A DNA stretch of 60,857 bases, counting the filler, from an uncultured bacterium (GTDB lineage: Bacteria > Hinthialibacterota > Hinthialibacteria > Hinthialibacterales > Hinthialibacteraceae): the NCBI GenBank assembly GCA_964449065.1. It is 6 parts of 6 records of this genome, joined end to end, with 100 filler letters (N's around TTAATTAATTAA, not from the genome) between each part and the next. Parts side by side here need not be neighbours in the genome. Positions count along the whole stretch, not along the records: positions 50,972 to 60,857 come from CAYVAZ010000191.1; 5 more parts are not named here. One strand, 5' to 3'. A program made the translations under genes and the position numbers. This document shows, one piece after another, positions 59,031 to 60,857 of the stretch (positions within the stretch are counted from its first letter, which is position 1; the number at the start of each line of letters is the position of its first letter). The notes beneath the pieces are model-generated. The model was not told the DNA's origin. It saw only the letters and a program-made list of their open reading frames with translations, and searched no databases.

Positions 59031-59573
59031 GTGGCATTGGTTTTAACGAAATCGCAAAAGGTGGATTTGGGAAACGATTACAGCAACGTTCTAAACAATA
59101 CTTCCGGCTTGGTGGTATTTGACTATAGCGGGTTAAGCGTTTCAGACTTTGAAAATTTGCGTAGTAAAGTGCGGGAAAAAGGCGCGAATATGCGCGTGGT
59201 CAAGAACCGCGTGTTTCGCCACGCGATTCAAGAGCGGCCGTACAACAAAATGAGTGAGTCTTTGGAAGGACCGACCTGTGTTATTTTTGCTGGAGACGAT
59301 CCGGTTGCCCCTGCGAAGACGCTAGTGGAATTTCAGAAAGAGCATGACTTCCTCAACATCAAGTGCGGGATGGTCAATGAAGACTATCTGGACAGCGAAC
59401 AAGCGGTGGCGTTATCCAAAATTCCATCCGAGCAGGAACTACGCGCGAAGATATTGGGCGGCATCAAAGCCCCGGCAAGCAATCTATTGGGTATGTTCAA
59501 AGGCATGCATCAAAAACTGCATGGTCTCATGACAGCCTACGCGGACAAATTGGAACAAGAAGGCGCGGCATAG
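59031..59573 (+). CDS. rplJ: 50S ribosomal protein L10
   Basis: DYSGLSV...LR, VVKNR, L.GPT, LSKIPS..EL.AK.LG; GGAGG RBS. Confidence 0.96.
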   Translation: MALVLTKSQKVDLGNDYSNVLNNTSGLVVFDYSGLSVSDFENLRSKVREKGANMRVVKNRVFRHAIQERPYNKMSESLEGPTCVIFAGDDPVAPAKTLVEFQKEHDFLNIKCGMVNEDYLDSEQAVALSKIPSEQELRAKILGGIKAPASNLLGMFKGMHQKLHGLMTAYADKLEQEGAA

Positions 59574-59637
59574 GCCTAAGATGTAAACGAAATCAAATCA
59601 AATCAAAAATAAAACAACATGGTTAGGAGACAACAAA

Positions 59638-60021
59638 ATGGCAAGCGAAAAAGTATCAGCAATTCTAGAAGACATCGGCGGATTGACTCTGCTGGAAGCC
59701 AAGGAATTGGCGGATGAATTTGAAGAAAAGTTTGGGGTAACCGCTGCGGTACCAATGGCGGGTATGCCAATGGCAGCCGGCGGTGGTGAAGCCGAAGCCG
59801 CTGCGGAACAAACCGAGTTTGACGTGGTCTTAGCGGGCGTCGGTTCCCAAAAAATCAAGGTCATTAAAGTGGTACGCGAAATCACCGGTCTGGGTCTGAA
59901 AGAAGCCAAGGAATTGGTGGACAACGCTCCGAAGCCGGTCAAAGAAGCCGCCGGCAAAGAAGAAGCCGAAGAAATTAAAGGCAAATTGGAAGAAGTCGGC
60001 GCTACCGTAGAAGTAAAGTAG
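59638..60021 (+). CDS. rplL: 50S ribosomal protein L7/L12
   Basis: [35 protein letters not shown]. Confidence 0.98.
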   Translation: MASEKVSAILEDIGGLTLLEAKELADEFEEKFGVTAAVPMAGMPMAAGGGEAEAAAEQTEFDVVLAGVGSQKIKVIKVVREITGLGLKEAKELVDNAPKPVKEAAGKEEAEEIKGKLEEVGATVEVK

Positions 60022-60047
60022 TGCGGATTGGTTTACACTGAATCGCG

Positions 60048-60077
60048 AAAGGCGAAGGGGCATCCCTTCGCCTTTTT
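60048..60077 (+). terminator. Rho-independent terminator after rplL
   Basis: AAAGGCGAAGGG-GCAT-CCCTTCGCCTTTTT. Confidence 0.88.
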
Positions 60078-60188
60078 AATAGTGGGTAGATGAAGTTCAT
60101 AGAATCCCAAACTGCATAGAAAAAGTGATACCACTTCCAATAAATAATAACTGATAAGCGCGGCGTAAGCCCAGCAAAAGGAAGATGT

Positions 60189-60504
60189 CATACGAATTGC
60201 AAATAGGAACACCGGGTAAAAAAACTCAAACCATGTGCAGGCAAGATGCCTACACTACAACGATTCTTAGGCTGGTTGTAGTGCAGTCGTCCCGCCTGAG
60301 AATGCCGTTTTCTCAGAAATCCAAATTGCAATTGGTATTAAGTATTCAATATGCAGCAATCTCAACTTACATAGGTATGAGTTATCTTTCACGCAACCAT
60401 ATGGGATAATGGAACTGTAGGGTAAAACTGTAGGGTGGCTCATAGCGAATCGAAGCACACCATTCGCGCAAGCAACCCTGGGAGGGCGAGGCTCCCGCCG
60501 AGCC
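60189..60504. repeat. Cluster of MITE/REP-like repeats (family C element ~60189-60340; family B 60378-60504)
   Basis: CCAAATTGCAATTGGTATTA (60321-40) is the exact inverse of 44291-44310; internal CACTACAA/TTGTAGTG hairpin; family B motifs follow. Confidence 0.65.
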
Positions 60505-60857
60505 GGAAGTACCGTTCATTTCAATTCAAACTTATTTTTGACAAAGCCGCTACAAATAAGAAAAGAGCCCCAAATGGGCGCCCTGATATAACCCAAGGCA
60601 ACGCCCGTTAATCCTAAAAAAAGCAGTTGATATTGAAAAGTATGCCATAACTTTTTGAACATAATAGAATTATGAAATGCGGAGCAGTTGAAAAATAATC
60701 ACCAAAAGGGTGAGAGCGGTCAATCGTAGAATTTCTTGAATTCGTTGGACTTATCACTCGTCACTCCTAAGAAACACTTTGTTTCTTCGTAATTGGTCAC
60801 CCGTTTGAAGAGAGATTTCCCCTCCCAAGCCTGGGAGGGGTTAGGGGAGGGATGATC

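Overview
This is not one continuous locus. It is six ~10 kb contigs in descending size order (1-10225, 10326-20495, 20596-30722, 30823-40878, 40979-50871, 50972-60857), joined by artificial 100-nt N/TTAATTAATTAA spacers, as expected for a draft metagenome-assembled or single-cell bacterial genome. Adjacency across the spacers carries no meaning. Contig 1: decayed island (3' half of tRNA-Arg(TCG) plus truncated tyrosine integrase), a three-gene secreted-protein operon behind a poly-G promoter, an IS256 fragment and large secreted proteins including a tandem FGE-like/glycoside-hydrolase fusion. Contigs 2-3: peptidases, a methyltransferase, polysaccharide deacetylase, GH57 branching enzyme, sulfatase, SSS transporter, and several small non-autonomous elements (MITEs) wrapped around REP-like hairpins, two copies with clear 7-bp target duplications. 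Contig 4: a broken RAYT-type HUH transposase and an ISAzo13 fragment next to a ~9 kb sigma54-controlled organic-acid catabolic cluster bounded by a perfect 100-bp inverted repeat, with stuttered micro-duplications at most GACCCC/GTCCCC ends. Contig 5: an NHL-repeat surface protein, a disrupted HEPN + P-loop ATPase pair (candidate defence system) and a toxin-antitoxin cluster. Contig 6: a chimeric high-GC left end, squalene-hopene cyclase, peroxiredoxin, and secE-nusG-rplK-rplA-[L10 leader]-histidine phosphatase-rplJ-rplL. The strongest candidates for something undescribed are the inverted-repeat/RAYT cargo element with stutter junctions and the HEPN-ATPase pair. All family calls are by eye from motifs; no searches were run.
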